NCBI GenBank assembly: GCA_947304135.1
Contig: CAMYZZ010000001.1
Span: 24,872-88,871 of the forward strand
DNA from: an uncultured Candidatus Saccharibacteria bacterium
Lineage (GTDB): Bacteria; Patescibacteriota; Saccharimonadia; Saccharimonadales; Saccharimonadaceae
Direction: 5' to 3'
Length of the DNA stretch: 64,000 nucleotides
A model generated the notes under the pieces. The model was not told the DNA's origin. It did not search any database and saw only the letters and a program-made list of their open reading frames with translations. Position 1 is the stretch's first letter. Each line of letters begins with the position of its first letter. Position numbers and translations under genes: made by a program. Below are positions 25,161 through 34,225 of this stretch, piece by piece.

Positions 25161-27611
25161 ATGAATTTTGATCATGGTTCCCTGCGTGCGAGAGAGGCCC
25201 GGGCTGGGAAGGTTTTGGGGGCTCCGGCTGGGTTTGTTTTGATGATTCTGTTGGTTTTGATTTTGCTTGGCGGCGGGGTTGCATTGTTTGTTTTGAAGAC
25301 GCCGTTTTTCTGGCTGTGTTTATCTGGCATTGTGATTGTGCTAATGATTCTTTATTATACGCGCAAGGAGCTGGTGCCGGTGCCAGCAATTAATGATGGC
25401 GAGGCTCTTAATATTAATAATTTATTATCTAATGATATGTTGGCGGCATTGCCAAAAAATCCGACAGTGCGCGATTTGGCGGCGGCGGTAGCCAAGACTA
25501 ATAGCGGCCGTTTTATGCATGTGCGGTATGGAATTTCTCCGCAAATGCTTGCGGCTATTGCCGAGCAGCTGACTGTTGACGTTGGTCCGATTTTCCAGAC
25601 GGCAATCAAAATCCAGCAGGGGACGGATTCGGAAGAAATCCATGGAGCGATGGTTGGCGTGGCTATTATTGCAAATCATCCTGATAATGAGATGATTTTG
25701 AAAAAAATGCGCCTTGAAATGGTGGATTTACTTGATGGTATTATTTGGTTTAACTATCTAAATGGGCTGGTCAAGAGCATCGGGAAAAGACGCCATACCG
25801 GCGGAATTGGACGCGATCTTTCGTTTGGCTATATCCCGACACTTGAAAAATATGGGCAAAATATTTCTGAGCAATTACCTGCAAAAAGAACCCACATTCA
25901 CCTTGCGTCACACAAAGAAATATTGTCGCAAATGGTGGAGATTTTTGGGAGTGCCGGACGTCAGAATGTGGCTTTGATTGGGCCGGAAGGCAGTGGCAGA
26001 ACGACAATCGTGCAAGCATTTTCTGAACTTTTGATGGACGCAGATAACGACCTGCCACGTGGGCTGAAATATCGTCAGATTTTTAAACTTGATGCGGCAT
26101 CACTAATTAGCTCATCACCGGAAAGGGGCGATGTGGAAGGTTTGATTATGCGGGTGCTAGGCGAGGCCTATGCGGCAAGGAATATTATTATATGGCTAGA
26201 AAATGCGCAGCTGTTTTTTGAGGATGGGACTGGAAGTATAGATATTACGAATCTGCTTTTGCCGATTTTGGAGGCTGGGAAACTCCGCATGATTTTGACG
26301 ATGGATAGACAAAGGTTCTTGGAAATTTCTGCACGGAAGCCTTCGCTTGCTAATGCACTAAATAAAATCATGGTACGCCCGGCAAACCAGCAGGAAACCA
26401 TGAAGGTGATGCAAGATCAGGCGCCGCTGATTGAATACCAGCATAAGTGCTCGTTTACAATTTGGGCGCTAAAGGATGCTTATAGACTGAGTGAGAAATA
26501 CGTGCATGACGTGGAGCAACCAGGACGGGCGATAACTTTGCTCGAAGCGGCGGCGAATTATGCAGACGTGAGGACAAGGCTTGTGACTGCAGAGAGCGTG
26601 CAGGAAGCAGTCGAGAAAACTGCGGGGGTAAAAGTCTTCTCAGCTGGCGGAGCGTCGGCAGATGATAAATCCAGGTTGCTGAATTTGGAAGCACTACTTC
26701 ATGAGAGAATGGTTGACCAGGAAGAGGCTGTGAAGACAGTTTCTGATGCCTTGCGCCGAGCGGCGGCAGGCGTGCGGAATGAGGGTAAACCGATTGGAAC
26801 TTTCCTGTTCCTTGGCCCAACCGGTGTAGGTAAAACTGAGCTAGCTAAGGCACTTTCGGAAGTATATTTTGGCGGAGAAAAACACGTTATTCGGCTTGAT
26901 ATGAATGAGTTTGTGACGGCAGAGGACGTATCGAGATTAATTGCGGACGGCGCGGAAGACGAGATGAGCTTGACGGCGCAGGTGATGAAGCAGCCGTTTG
27001 CAGTGGTGCTGCTCGACGAGATTGAAAAGGCGCACCCGCAAGTTTTGACGACATTACTCCAGATGCTTGACGAAGGCATTTTACGCGATGTGCGCGGACG
27101 AGAGATTAGTTTCCGTGATACGATTGTGATTGCGACAAGCAATGCAGGTGCGGAGATGATTCGGGGGATGGTTGGTGGAGCTAATGGTGGTTTTATGGTT
27201 GGCGCAGATGGCGCTGCTACACGCAAAGATTTTACTACTCTCAAGGATAATATATTAAATGAACTGATGAAAAGTGGCGTGTTTAAGCCGGAATTTATTA
27301 ACCGCTTTGATGAGATTTGTTTGTTTAAGCCATTATCGCCAGAGGATTGTTTGAAGGTGCTAGACCTTTTGGTTGTGAGTGTGAATAAAACTTTGGCACC
27401 ACAAAAAATCGCTGTGAGCGTGGACGACGATGCAAAGAGGTTGTTGGTTGAGCGAGGGTATGATCCACAGCTTGGTGCTAGGCCGATGAAGAGGATTGTG
27501 ACCAAGACTGTTGAGAATCTAGTGGCAAAGATTATGCTGAGCGGACAAGCGGAAAGTGGCGCGACGATTCGGATTACCCGCGAGATGATTGAGGGTGAGC
27601 TTGGGCGATAG
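25161..27611 (+). CDS. Membrane-anchored ClpA/ClpB-family AAA+ ATPase
   Basis: Two N-terminal TM helices; AAA1 GPEGSGRT/WLEN (degenerate); AAA2 GPTGVGKT, LLDEIEKAH, KPEFINRFD, GARP. Confidence 0.9.
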   Translation: MNFDHGSLRAREARAGKVLGAPAGFVLMILLVLILLGGGVALFVLKTPFFWLCLSGIVIVLMILYYTRKELVPVPAINDGEALNINNLLSNDMLAALPKNPTVRDLAAAVAKTNSGRFMHVRYGISPQMLAAIAEQLTVDVGPIFQTAIKIQQGTDSEEIHGAMVGVAIIANHPDNEMILKKMRLEMVDLLDGIIWFNYLNGLVKSIGKRRHTGGIGRDLSFGYIPTLEKYGQNISEQLPAKRTHIHLASHKEILSQMVEIFGSAGRQNVALIGPEGSGRTTIVQAFSELLMDADNDLPRGLKYRQIFKLDAASLISSSPERGDVEGLIMRVLGEAYAARNIIIWLENAQLFFEDGTGSIDITNLLLPILEAGKLRMILTMDRQRFLEISARKPSLANALNKIMVRPANQQETMKVMQDQAPLIEYQHKCSFTIWALKDAYRLSEKYVHDVEQPGRAITLLEAAANYADVRTRLVTAESVQEAVEKTAGVKVFSAGGASADDKSRLLNLEALLHERMVDQEEAVKTVSDALRRAAAGVRNEGKPIGTFLFLGPTGVGKTELAKALSEVYFGGEKHVIRLDMNEFVTAEDVSRLIADGAEDEMSLTAQVMKQPFAVVLLDEIEKAHPQVLTTLLQMLDEGILRDVRGREISFRDTIVIATSNAGAEMIRGMVGGANGGFMVGADGAATRKDFTTLKDNILNELMKSGVFKPEFINRFDEICLFKPLSPEDCLKVLDLLVVSVNKTLAPQKIAVSVDDDAKRLLVERGYDPQLGARPMKRIVTKTVENLVAKIMLSGQAESGATIRITREMIEGELGR

Positions 27612-27665
27612 AAGATGAGCTCAGCTGATTGAGCGCGTGCTTGGTTGATTGAGGGTGAGCTTGGC
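27586..27665 (+). repeat. Four degenerate tandem copies of a 20-bp unit (TGATTGAGGGTGAGCTTGGN)
   Basis: Units start at 27586, 27606, 27626, 27646; units 1 and 4 share 19 of 20 nt. Confidence 0.75.
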
Positions 27666-27699
27666 ACAAAATAAGCCGGCGCATAGCCGGTTTTAAGGT

Positions 27700-27776
27700 T
27701 GGTACCGCCTGAGGGATTCGAACCCACGACCCCTTGTTCCGAAGACAAGTGCTCTAATCCGCTGAGCTAAGGCGGC
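27700..27776 (-). tRNA. tRNA-Arg(UCG)
   Basis: GCCGCCT...AGGCGGT-ACCA; anticodon arm CTTGT-CTTCGGA-ACAAG. Confidence 0.93.
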
Positions 27777-27850
27777 ACGGTATTTTGTTGCGTATCACGT
27801 TGCGAAAAAGGCAGGCGTGAGCTGTTGTACTGCTTGGCCTGCCGAGCAAA

Positions 27851-27931
27851 CTATTTGTTGTGTTTGCGTTTTTCGCTGTGCTTGTGATTGTTATTGCGAT
27901 TTAATTTCGCAATACGTACTGATTTAGCCAT
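27851..27931 (-). CDS. Possible 26-aa basic leader peptide (MAKSVRIAKLNRNNNHKHSEKRKHNK)
   Basis: ATG 6 nt after TGATATAAT; followed by a GGCAGGC/GCCTGCC hairpin + TTTTT, then tRNA-Arg. Confidence 0.45.
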   Translation of the reverse strand: MAKSVRIAKLNRNNNHKHSEKRKHNK

Positions 27932-27950
27932 AAATATATTATATCATGTT

Positions 27951-28886
27951 TTAGCCGAAAATGCCACGCTTTTTGGCGCCTTTGAATTCTTCTAGTAGTT
28001 CCCTTTGCTTTCTGGAGAGATTCTTTGGTGTCTCTACGATAATCGTAACGATATGTGGGCCACGATCGCCATCGGCACGGAACGGGACGCCATGGCCGGA
28101 TAGCTTGAACGGTGTGCCAGACTGGGTGCCGGCTGGAACTTTCATGGTGATTGGGCCATCGACGGTTTCTACCTCGATCTCGCAGCCAAGTGCGGCGTCA
28201 ACCATGTTGATCTTTTGCTCAGAAAGGATGAGTGTGCCTTCGCGAGTCAAAGTCTTGTGTGGACGGACACGAACGACGACATAAAGATCACCCTTTTCGC
28301 CGCCTTCGGCTGGGGCTGGGCCGCCGCGACCTTTGAGGCGGATGCTCATACCATCATCAATGCCGGCTGGAACTTTAATTTTGATGTTCTTGCCCTCTGA
28401 AGAGATGGTCTTGGTGGTGCCAAAAATTGCATCTTTGAAATCAATCGTGATCTGAGTGCGATAGTCTGCGCCGCGCATAGGGCGACGACGGCCGCCACCG
28501 AAACCAAAGAGACTACCTAGAATATCGTCGAGACCAGCGCCAGAAAATGCGCCACCCTGGCCGCCGCCAAAGTCGAAGTGAAACTCCTGACCGTTGAAGT
28601 TGAAGGCGCCGCCCTGGCCAAAAGGATTGCCACCGGCAAACGGATTGCTGCCAGCGCCGCCATTTACACCAGCGTGACCGAATTGGTCGTAGCGAGCGCG
28701 TTTTTGCTTGTCGGACAAAACTTCGTGAGCCTCGGAAACTTCTTTGAATTTTTCTTCGGCCTCTTTGTTGCCTGGGTTTTTGTCGGGATGATATTTAACA
28801 GCAAGCTTGCGGTATGCTTTTTTGATCTCGTCATCAGATGCGTTTTTTGATACGCCTAGAACCTCATAATAGTCTCTTTTTGCCAT
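27951..28886 (-). CDS. dnaJ: DnaJ-family chaperone lacking the zinc finger
   Basis: J domain with YHPD, G/F-rich linker, CTD (VPAGTQSG); no CxxCxGxG repeats. Confidence 0.9.
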   Translation of the reverse strand: MAKRDYYEVLGVSKNASDDEIKKAYRKLAVKYHPDKNPGNKEAEEKFKEVSEAHEVLSDKQKRARYDQFGHAGVNGGAGSNPFAGGNPFGQGGAFNFNGQEFHFDFGGGQGGAFSGAGLDDILGSLFGFGGGRRRPMRGADYRTQITIDFKDAIFGTTKTISSEGKNIKIKVPAGIDDGMSIRLKGRGGPAPAEGGEKGDLYVVVRVRPHKTLTREGTLILSEQKINMVDAALGCEIEVETVDGPITMKVPAGTQSGTPFKLSGHGVPFRADGDRGPHIVTIIVETPKNLSRKQRELLEEFKGAKKRGIFG

Positions 28887-28893
28887 ATTTATT

Positions 28894-28931
28894 ATTATAG
28901 TTAGCTAGCACTCTAAAGTCAAGAGTGCTAA
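28894..28931 (-). promoter_or_regulatory. CIRCE operator over a TTGACT-17-TATAAT promoter of dnaJ
   Basis: Minus strand TTAGCACTC-N9-GAGTGCTAG at 28931-28905; ATG 7 nt after the -10. Confidence 0.9.
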
Positions 28932-28993
28932 TTGTGGGGACTTAACGTCTGGCCTTTTTCATGATATAATTGGTGGCAAATAAGGAGTTTTTG

Positions 28994-30226
28994 ATGAAAA
29001 ATAAACTGATTCTGATTACAAACCCAGGAAGCTCAAGCCGTAAATATGCGCTTTATAAAGGTAATGATGAGGTCTGTTCCCTACACTTTGAATTTGAAGG
29101 AAAAGATGTTATCTGCACCCTCAAAAAAGCTGATGGCAAGAAGAAAGTTCTGAAACAAGATTTTAAAGAGCTTACTTCGACTGTTGCCAATATTAACCGT
29201 ATTTTGACCGAGGAAGGTATCCTTGGAGGCATGGCCAAGATTGACGCAATTCTCGCACGCGTGGCTTGCCCAGGTGAGTATTTTACTCAGGATCACATTG
29301 TTGATGAAGATTATCTAAAGGCTCTCGACAAGGCTAAGAAACGCGCTCCACTTCACGTGCCTGTAGTTGCGGCTGAAATTGAGCACCTTGTTAAAAGCTT
29401 TAAGGGTACTCCAGTTATTGCTATTTCCGATTCTTCGTTCCATGCGGACCGTCCAGAACTGATGAAATATTACGCGTTTGATACCGAGCTTGCTGACAAA
29501 GCCGATGTAAAACGATTTGGCTATCATGGTCTTTCTGTTGGTTCCATTGTCAACTACATGAAATCTCAGGATATTTTGCCACAGAAATTGATTGTCTGTC
29601 ACCTTGGCTCTGGTTCTTCTATTACCGCTGTGTTTGAAGGTAAGTCTCTTGACACCACTATGGGCTATACTCCACTTGAGGGCCTAATGATGGCGACTCG
29701 CTGTGGCAATATCGATCCAGCTGCCGCACTTGCAGTTAAACATTATCTCAAATACGAGAGTGATGAATCTATTGAAAAGTATCTCAACAAGGAATGTGGC
29801 CTGAAGGGCGTTTCTGGACAAAGTGATGATATGCGCGAGATTTTGAAACTTCGCGACGAAGGCGACAAACGCGGTACGTTTGCGCATGCGATGTATGTCT
29901 ATAAGGTTCAGAGCTTGATTGGCCAGATGGCTGCTTCGCTTGGTGGAGTAGATGCAATTGTGTTTACTGCAACTATTGGCGAGCGCTCTGACGAAATCCG
30001 CCGCACTGTTTCCCAGAAACTCAACTATCTTGGATTTGCAATTGATGAAAAGAAAAATGTGGCTGACATGCCAGAGCGTCATACGAATATTGCCGCCGAC
30101 GGCAGTAAGCCGGTTTGGGTTATCCGTACGGATGAAAGCGAAGAAATGATTCGCCGTGCAGGTGCAATTCTTGACACTAACAAAGACGGCGAAGTTTCTG
30201 ACGAAGAGCTCAAAGATGCGGCGTAA
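28994..30226 (+). CDS. ackA: Acetate kinase
   Basis: NPGSSSRKY, APLH, RFGYHGLS, CHLGSGSS, TMGYTPLEGLMMATRCG, TATIGE, TDE. Confidence 0.93.
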   Translation: MKNKLILITNPGSSSRKYALYKGNDEVCSLHFEFEGKDVICTLKKADGKKKVLKQDFKELTSTVANINRILTEEGILGGMAKIDAILARVACPGEYFTQDHIVDEDYLKALDKAKKRAPLHVPVVAAEIEHLVKSFKGTPVIAISDSSFHADRPELMKYYAFDTELADKADVKRFGYHGLSVGSIVNYMKSQDILPQKLIVCHLGSGSSITAVFEGKSLDTTMGYTPLEGLMMATRCGNIDPAAALAVKHYLKYESDESIEKYLNKECGLKGVSGQSDDMREILKLRDEGDKRGTFAHAMYVYKVQSLIGQMAASLGGVDAIVFTATIGERSDEIRRTVSQKLNYLGFAIDEKKNVADMPERHTNIAADGSKPVWVIRTDESEEMIRRAGAILDTNKDGEVSDEELKDAA

Positions 30227-30851
30227 CTCGCACACTGAATATTTGCAGCAGGTCTCCGACATGGAGACCTCTGTGATTTTGGATTGTTTACGAAAAGTCC
30301 TAGGCGCTAGGATCCCTGGCGACGTGACAGAGTTTGGGTGCTATCGTGGCGATACTTCCCTTTTGATGGAAAAGATTTTGGAGCGGGAGTTTCCCGACTC
30401 TCTATCTCGGCTCTGGATATACGATTCGTTTGAGGGCTTGCCAGACAAAACCCGCGAAGACTCTTCGTCGGCTGGCGAAGAGTTTAAGGAGGGCGAACTT
30501 TTTGTAACGAAACGCGAGGTCGTGGAGCGGTTTAAGAAAGCGGGGTTATATGTTCCGCGAGTGAGAAAAGGATTTTTTGAAAATTTGAATCCACAAACCG
30601 ACTTACCAGAAAAAATTTGTTTCGCGTTTTTAGACGGCGATTTATATCAGTCAATTAAAACTTCGCTTGCCCTTGTGACTCCACGAATGGCACGTGATGA
30701 AAATGACAAGATACTTGGAACGATTATCGTGCACGATTATAATAATCCTCAACTCCCAGGGGTCTCTAGGGCGGTTGACGAGTGGATGGCGGCACAAAAA
30801 ACGGCGCCGCAATTGCAGCGCCGGGAAACTCTTGCGATTATTTCTTGGTAG
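30216..30851 (+). CDS. TylF/MycF/NovP-family O-methyltransferase
   Basis: PGDVTEFGCYRG, YDSFEGLP, KGFFE, FAFLDGDLYQS, HDY, GVSRAVDE. Confidence 0.85.
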   Translation: MRRNSHTEYLQQVSDMETSVILDCLRKVLGARIPGDVTEFGCYRGDTSLLMEKILEREFPDSLSRLWIYDSFEGLPDKTREDSSSAGEEFKEGELFVTKREVVERFKKAGLYVPRVRKGFFENLNPQTDLPEKICFAFLDGDLYQSIKTSLALVTPRMARDENDKILGTIIVHDYNNPQLPGVSRAVDEWMAAQKTAPQLQRRETLAIISW

Positions 30852-31509
30852 TTTTCTTAGCTTTAGCCTCTTTGACTTCTTCTACTTTTTCTTTGATAGC
30901 TTTGGCGGCTTTGGCAAGTGGCTTGTCCTGACCGACGAGACGAACGTGGTATTCGGCCATGGTAGTTTCAATATATGGAACGACCCAGACATAGGCAATG
31001 CCAAGGGTGGCAATGCCAAGAAGATGCCATGGGATAAAGGAGAGCTGGAGGACGAAATATTCCCATTTGTGACCCTCCATCATTTCCATAGATTTTCTCT
31101 GGGCGGCGCCAGCTTCTAGCTTTTCATCGTCTGCCATGAGGTAGAACATCTGGGAGTAAGAAATGCTCTTGATGATGCCTGGAATAATAAAGAGTAAGGT
31201 CCAGAGGAAGACAAAGACTTCGTAGCGAATATAGGCGATTAGTGTGCGAAGAAAATTGTCACCCTTAAAACCGATTAATAAGTCCTCAATTTTTGGCATG
31301 CGAGATTTTTTGGTGATGCCAAGATAGATGAAAGCCTGGGCCAAAGCGATTGGGCCGGCGATCAACAATGTGACAATGCCGCTGATTGGGCCCAGCACAA
31401 AGCTGATGATTGAGCTCACGGCAAAAACGATGATATAGATTGCGAGAAGCGTGAAGATCTTACCTTCAATTTGCTTCTTCGCGTGTTCTTTCATAGATAC
31501 GCGATCCAT
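30838..31509 (-). CDS. DUF975 family membrane protein
   Basis: LWTLLFIIPGIIKSISYSQMFY, SMEMMEGHKWEYFVL, WVVPY. Confidence 0.9.
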   Translation of the reverse strand: MDRVSMKEHAKKQIEGKIFTLLAIYIIVFAVSSIISFVLGPISGIVTLLIAGPIALAQAFIYLGITKKSRMPKIEDLLIGFKGDNFLRTLIAYIRYEVFVFLWTLLFIIPGIIKSISYSQMFYLMADDEKLEAGAAQRKSMEMMEGHKWEYFVLQLSFIPWHLLGIATLGIAYVWVVPYIETTMAEYHVRLVGQDKPLAKAAKAIKEKVEEVKEAKAKKTTKK

Positions 31510-31552
31510 AAAAACTCCTTAAATATTATTACTTTTATGATAACATAGATAT

Positions 31553-32110
31553 ATGAAAACTGTAGTAAAAATCTTAAAATATACCTTAGCGGCACTCGGT
31601 GTGTTCTTAGTGGTTCTATTTTTTATACCAAATACTGGATATACGAAAGTTTGGAGCTATCTTGCAACGATTTTGCTGCCTTTTGCAGTAGATATTGTTC
31701 GCTTGTTTGGAGTGAAAGTATCTAGGGAATTTGAAATGTGCTATTTGATATTTTTGATTCCGGCGATGGTGCTCGGGATTGATTTTGACCTTTATAAAGT
31801 ATTCTACCCGCTTGATAAAATTGCGCATGGATTCTCTGGAGTTTTATCTGCGTTTGGCGCAAAAGAAATATTGGACCAGGCGAGTGGTAAACCAGACGAA
31901 AAATGGTTCAAGGTGCTCTGGACAATTGCTTTTGTAGGATTTGTAGCGATGGTTTGGGAATGCTTTGAGTTTGCCTGCGATCAGATTGGCGGAACATCTA
32001 TGCAGCAGTTGATTGCACCGGGAATCGCCGATACGATGTATGATATGATTGTAGCGATGATTGGTGGGGTTGTTGGGACAATATTTATCTTTGTTAGAAA
32101 GACGAGATAA
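31553..32110 (+). CDS. Uncharacterised integral membrane protein
   Basis: DKIAHGFSG, WECFEF, DTMYDMI pattern; several TM helices. Confidence 0.75.
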   Translation: MKTVVKILKYTLAALGVFLVVLFFIPNTGYTKVWSYLATILLPFAVDIVRLFGVKVSREFEMCYLIFLIPAMVLGIDFDLYKVFYPLDKIAHGFSGVLSAFGAKEILDQASGKPDEKWFKVLWTIAFVGFVAMVWECFEFACDQIGGTSMQQLIAPGIADTMYDMIVAMIGGVVGTIFIFVRKTR

Positions 32111-32129
32111 ATTGCCTTCCATCTCTGTA

Positions 32130-32205
32130 TTGGCACTCTTGACATGAGAGTGCTAATTTGCTAGAATAAGGTCAAGAATTAGCAGTCTTCTGGTGTGAGT
32201 GCTAA
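32130..32205 (+). promoter_or_regulatory. Tandem CIRCE operators with a TTGACA-17-TAGAAT promoter upstream of dnaK
   Basis: TTGGCACTC-N9-GAGTGCTAA (32130-32156) and TTAGCAGTC-N9-GAGTGCTAA (32179-32205). Confidence 0.9.
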
Positions 32206-32264
32206 CGCTTATCAGAGGCCCGGCTAATAGCAAACAACCTAATAAAATCCTAGAAGGAGGAAAA

Positions 32265-34178
32265 ATGGGAAAAATTATTGGTATTGACCTTGGTACTACC
32301 AACTCGGCATTTGCCTATATGGTAGCAGGCAAGCCTGAGGTGATTACTAACGCTGAGGGCGATAGAACTACGCCATCAGTAGTCGCTGTCACCAAAAAAG
32401 GTGAGCGTCTAGTTGGCAAAGTTGCGCAGCGTCAGCGCGTGACTAACCCAAAGAATACTATCTATGGTATTAAGCGCCTGATTGGTCGTAAGTTTGACGA
32501 CAAAGAGGTTCAGCGTGATCTTGATATCATGCCATACAAGATTGTTAAGAAGGGCACCCAAGCCGCAGTAGAGATGGACGGCAAAACTTATACTCCAGAG
32601 GAAATTTCTGCAATGGTGCTTTCTAAGATTAAGGCTGATGCCGAAGCTTTCCTTGGTGAAAAAGTTACTGAAGCTATCATTACTGTTCCAGCTTACTTTG
32701 ACGATTCCCAGCGTCAGGCAACCAAGGATGCTGGTAAAATTGCCGGGCTTGAAGTTCGCCGTATTATCAACGAACCAACTGCAGCTGCACTAGCTTATGG
32801 CCTCGAGTCTAAGAAAGACGAGCAGATTGCTGTGTTTGACCTTGGCGGTGGTACATTTGATGTCTCTATCCTTGAGCTTGGCGATGGCGTTTTTGAAGTG
32901 AAATCTACAAACGGTGATACCCACCTTGGTGGTGAAGATTTTGATAATATCATTGTTAATTACTTGATTGATGAGTTTAAGAAAGAAAGTGGCGTCGATA
33001 TCCGTGACGACGCGGCAGCAATGCAGCGCATCAAGGACGAGGCTGAGAAGGCCAAGAAGGAGCTTTCCTCTGCTACTTCGACTGATATCAACTTGCCATT
33101 TTTGACCGCTGACGCTGATGGTCCAAAGCATTTTGAGCACACTTTGACTCGTGCAAAGCTCGAGGAACTAGTTGAGCCGCTGCTTGAAAGACTTGCTGAA
33201 CCGGTTGAGAAAGCACTCAAGGATGCAAAACTCAAGGCCTCTGACATCGACGAGGTAGTGATGGTTGGCGGTATGACTCGTATGCCAGCTGTGGTCGAAA
33301 AAGTGAAAAAGATTTTTGGCAAAGATCCAATGCAGGGCGTCAACCCAGACGAAGTTGTGGCTGTAGGTGCTGCAATCCAGGGCGGTGTGCTCCAGGGTGA
33401 TGTCAAAGACGTGTTACTACTTGACGTTACTCCTCTTTCTCTTGGCATTGAGACTATGGGTGGTGTTTCTACTAAACTAATCGAGCGCAACACTACTATC
33501 CCTACTTCTAAATCTGAAGTATTTTCTACCGCCTCTGACAACCAGCCACAGGTTGAGATTCACGTGCTCCAGGGCGAACGTGAATTTGCAAACGACAATA
33601 AGTCACTTGGTCGTTTTATTCTTGATGGTATCGCACCAGCTCCACGCGGCGTGCCACAAATTGAAGTGACCTTTAATATCGATGCAAACGGTATTTTGAA
33701 TGTAACTGCAAAGGATAAGGGCACCAGTAAAGAGCAATCTATTACGATCCAGAACTCTGGCAATATGAGCAAAGAAGATATCGAGAAGGCCCAGGCCGAG
33801 GCTGAGGCACATGCCGAGGAAGATGCCAAAAAGCGCGAGGCAATTGACGCCAAAAACAAGCTAGAGAATGCAATTTACCAGGCAGAAAAGATGCCAAAGG
33901 ATTTTAAAGACAAAATTTCTGAGGACGACGCAAAGACTATCAAAGAGGCTGCCGAAGAGGCAAAGAAAGTTTTGAATGATTCTTCTGCAGATAAAGACGC
34001 ACTAGAAAAAGCTGCTTCTGATTTGTCTGAAAAAATCATGCCGATTGGAGCAAAGATGTACCAGCAAGCTGGCGGGGCTGACGCTTCTAAAGATGCTTCC
34101 GAGGCTACTGGCGCTGGTGCTGATAAGAAGTCTGGTGACGACGACGAGCCAGTTGAAGGCGAAGTGGTAGACAAATAA
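32265..34178 (+). CDS. dnaK: Chaperone DnaK
   Basis: [52 protein letters not shown]; SD AGGAGG. Confidence 0.98.
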   Translation: MGKIIGIDLGTTNSAFAYMVAGKPEVITNAEGDRTTPSVVAVTKKGERLVGKVAQRQRVTNPKNTIYGIKRLIGRKFDDKEVQRDLDIMPYKIVKKGTQAAVEMDGKTYTPEEISAMVLSKIKADAEAFLGEKVTEAIITVPAYFDDSQRQATKDAGKIAGLEVRRIINEPTAAALAYGLESKKDEQIAVFDLGGGTFDVSILELGDGVFEVKSTNGDTHLGGEDFDNIIVNYLIDEFKKESGVDIRDDAAAMQRIKDEAEKAKKELSSATSTDINLPFLTADADGPKHFEHTLTRAKLEELVEPLLERLAEPVEKALKDAKLKASDIDEVVMVGGMTRMPAVVEKVKKIFGKDPMQGVNPDEVVAVGAAIQGGVLQGDVKDVLLLDVTPLSLGIETMGGVSTKLIERNTTIPTSKSEVFSTASDNQPQVEIHVLQGEREFANDNKSLGRFILDGIAPAPRGVPQIEVTFNIDANGILNVTAKDKGTSKEQSITIQNSGNMSKEDIEKAQAEAEAHAEEDAKKREAIDAKNKLENAIYQAEKMPKDFKDKISEDDAKTIKEAAEEAKKVLNDSSADKDALEKAASDLSEKIMPIGAKMYQQAGGADASKDASEATGAGADKKSGDDDEPVEGEVVDK

Positions 34179-34194
34179 TATTGCTCCTACTCAG

Positions 34195-34225
34195 AAAATA
34201 TCCCCTCCCTACGAGGGGATATTTT
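34195..34225. terminator. Bidirectional terminator between dnaK and the LTD gene
   Basis: AAAATATCCCCTC-CCTAC-GAGGGGATATTTT. Confidence 0.85.

Noticed and set aside
27586-27665. CRISPR array
   Set aside because: Units are contiguous with no unique spacers, only 20 bp long, and there are no cas genes.
26699-27748. 349-aa minus-strand ORF (also 29684-30262, 32960-33541, 43971-44645 and similar)
   Set aside because: Antisense shadows of well-supported genes (Clp ATPase, ackA, dnaK, adhesin); this one also runs through a tRNA.
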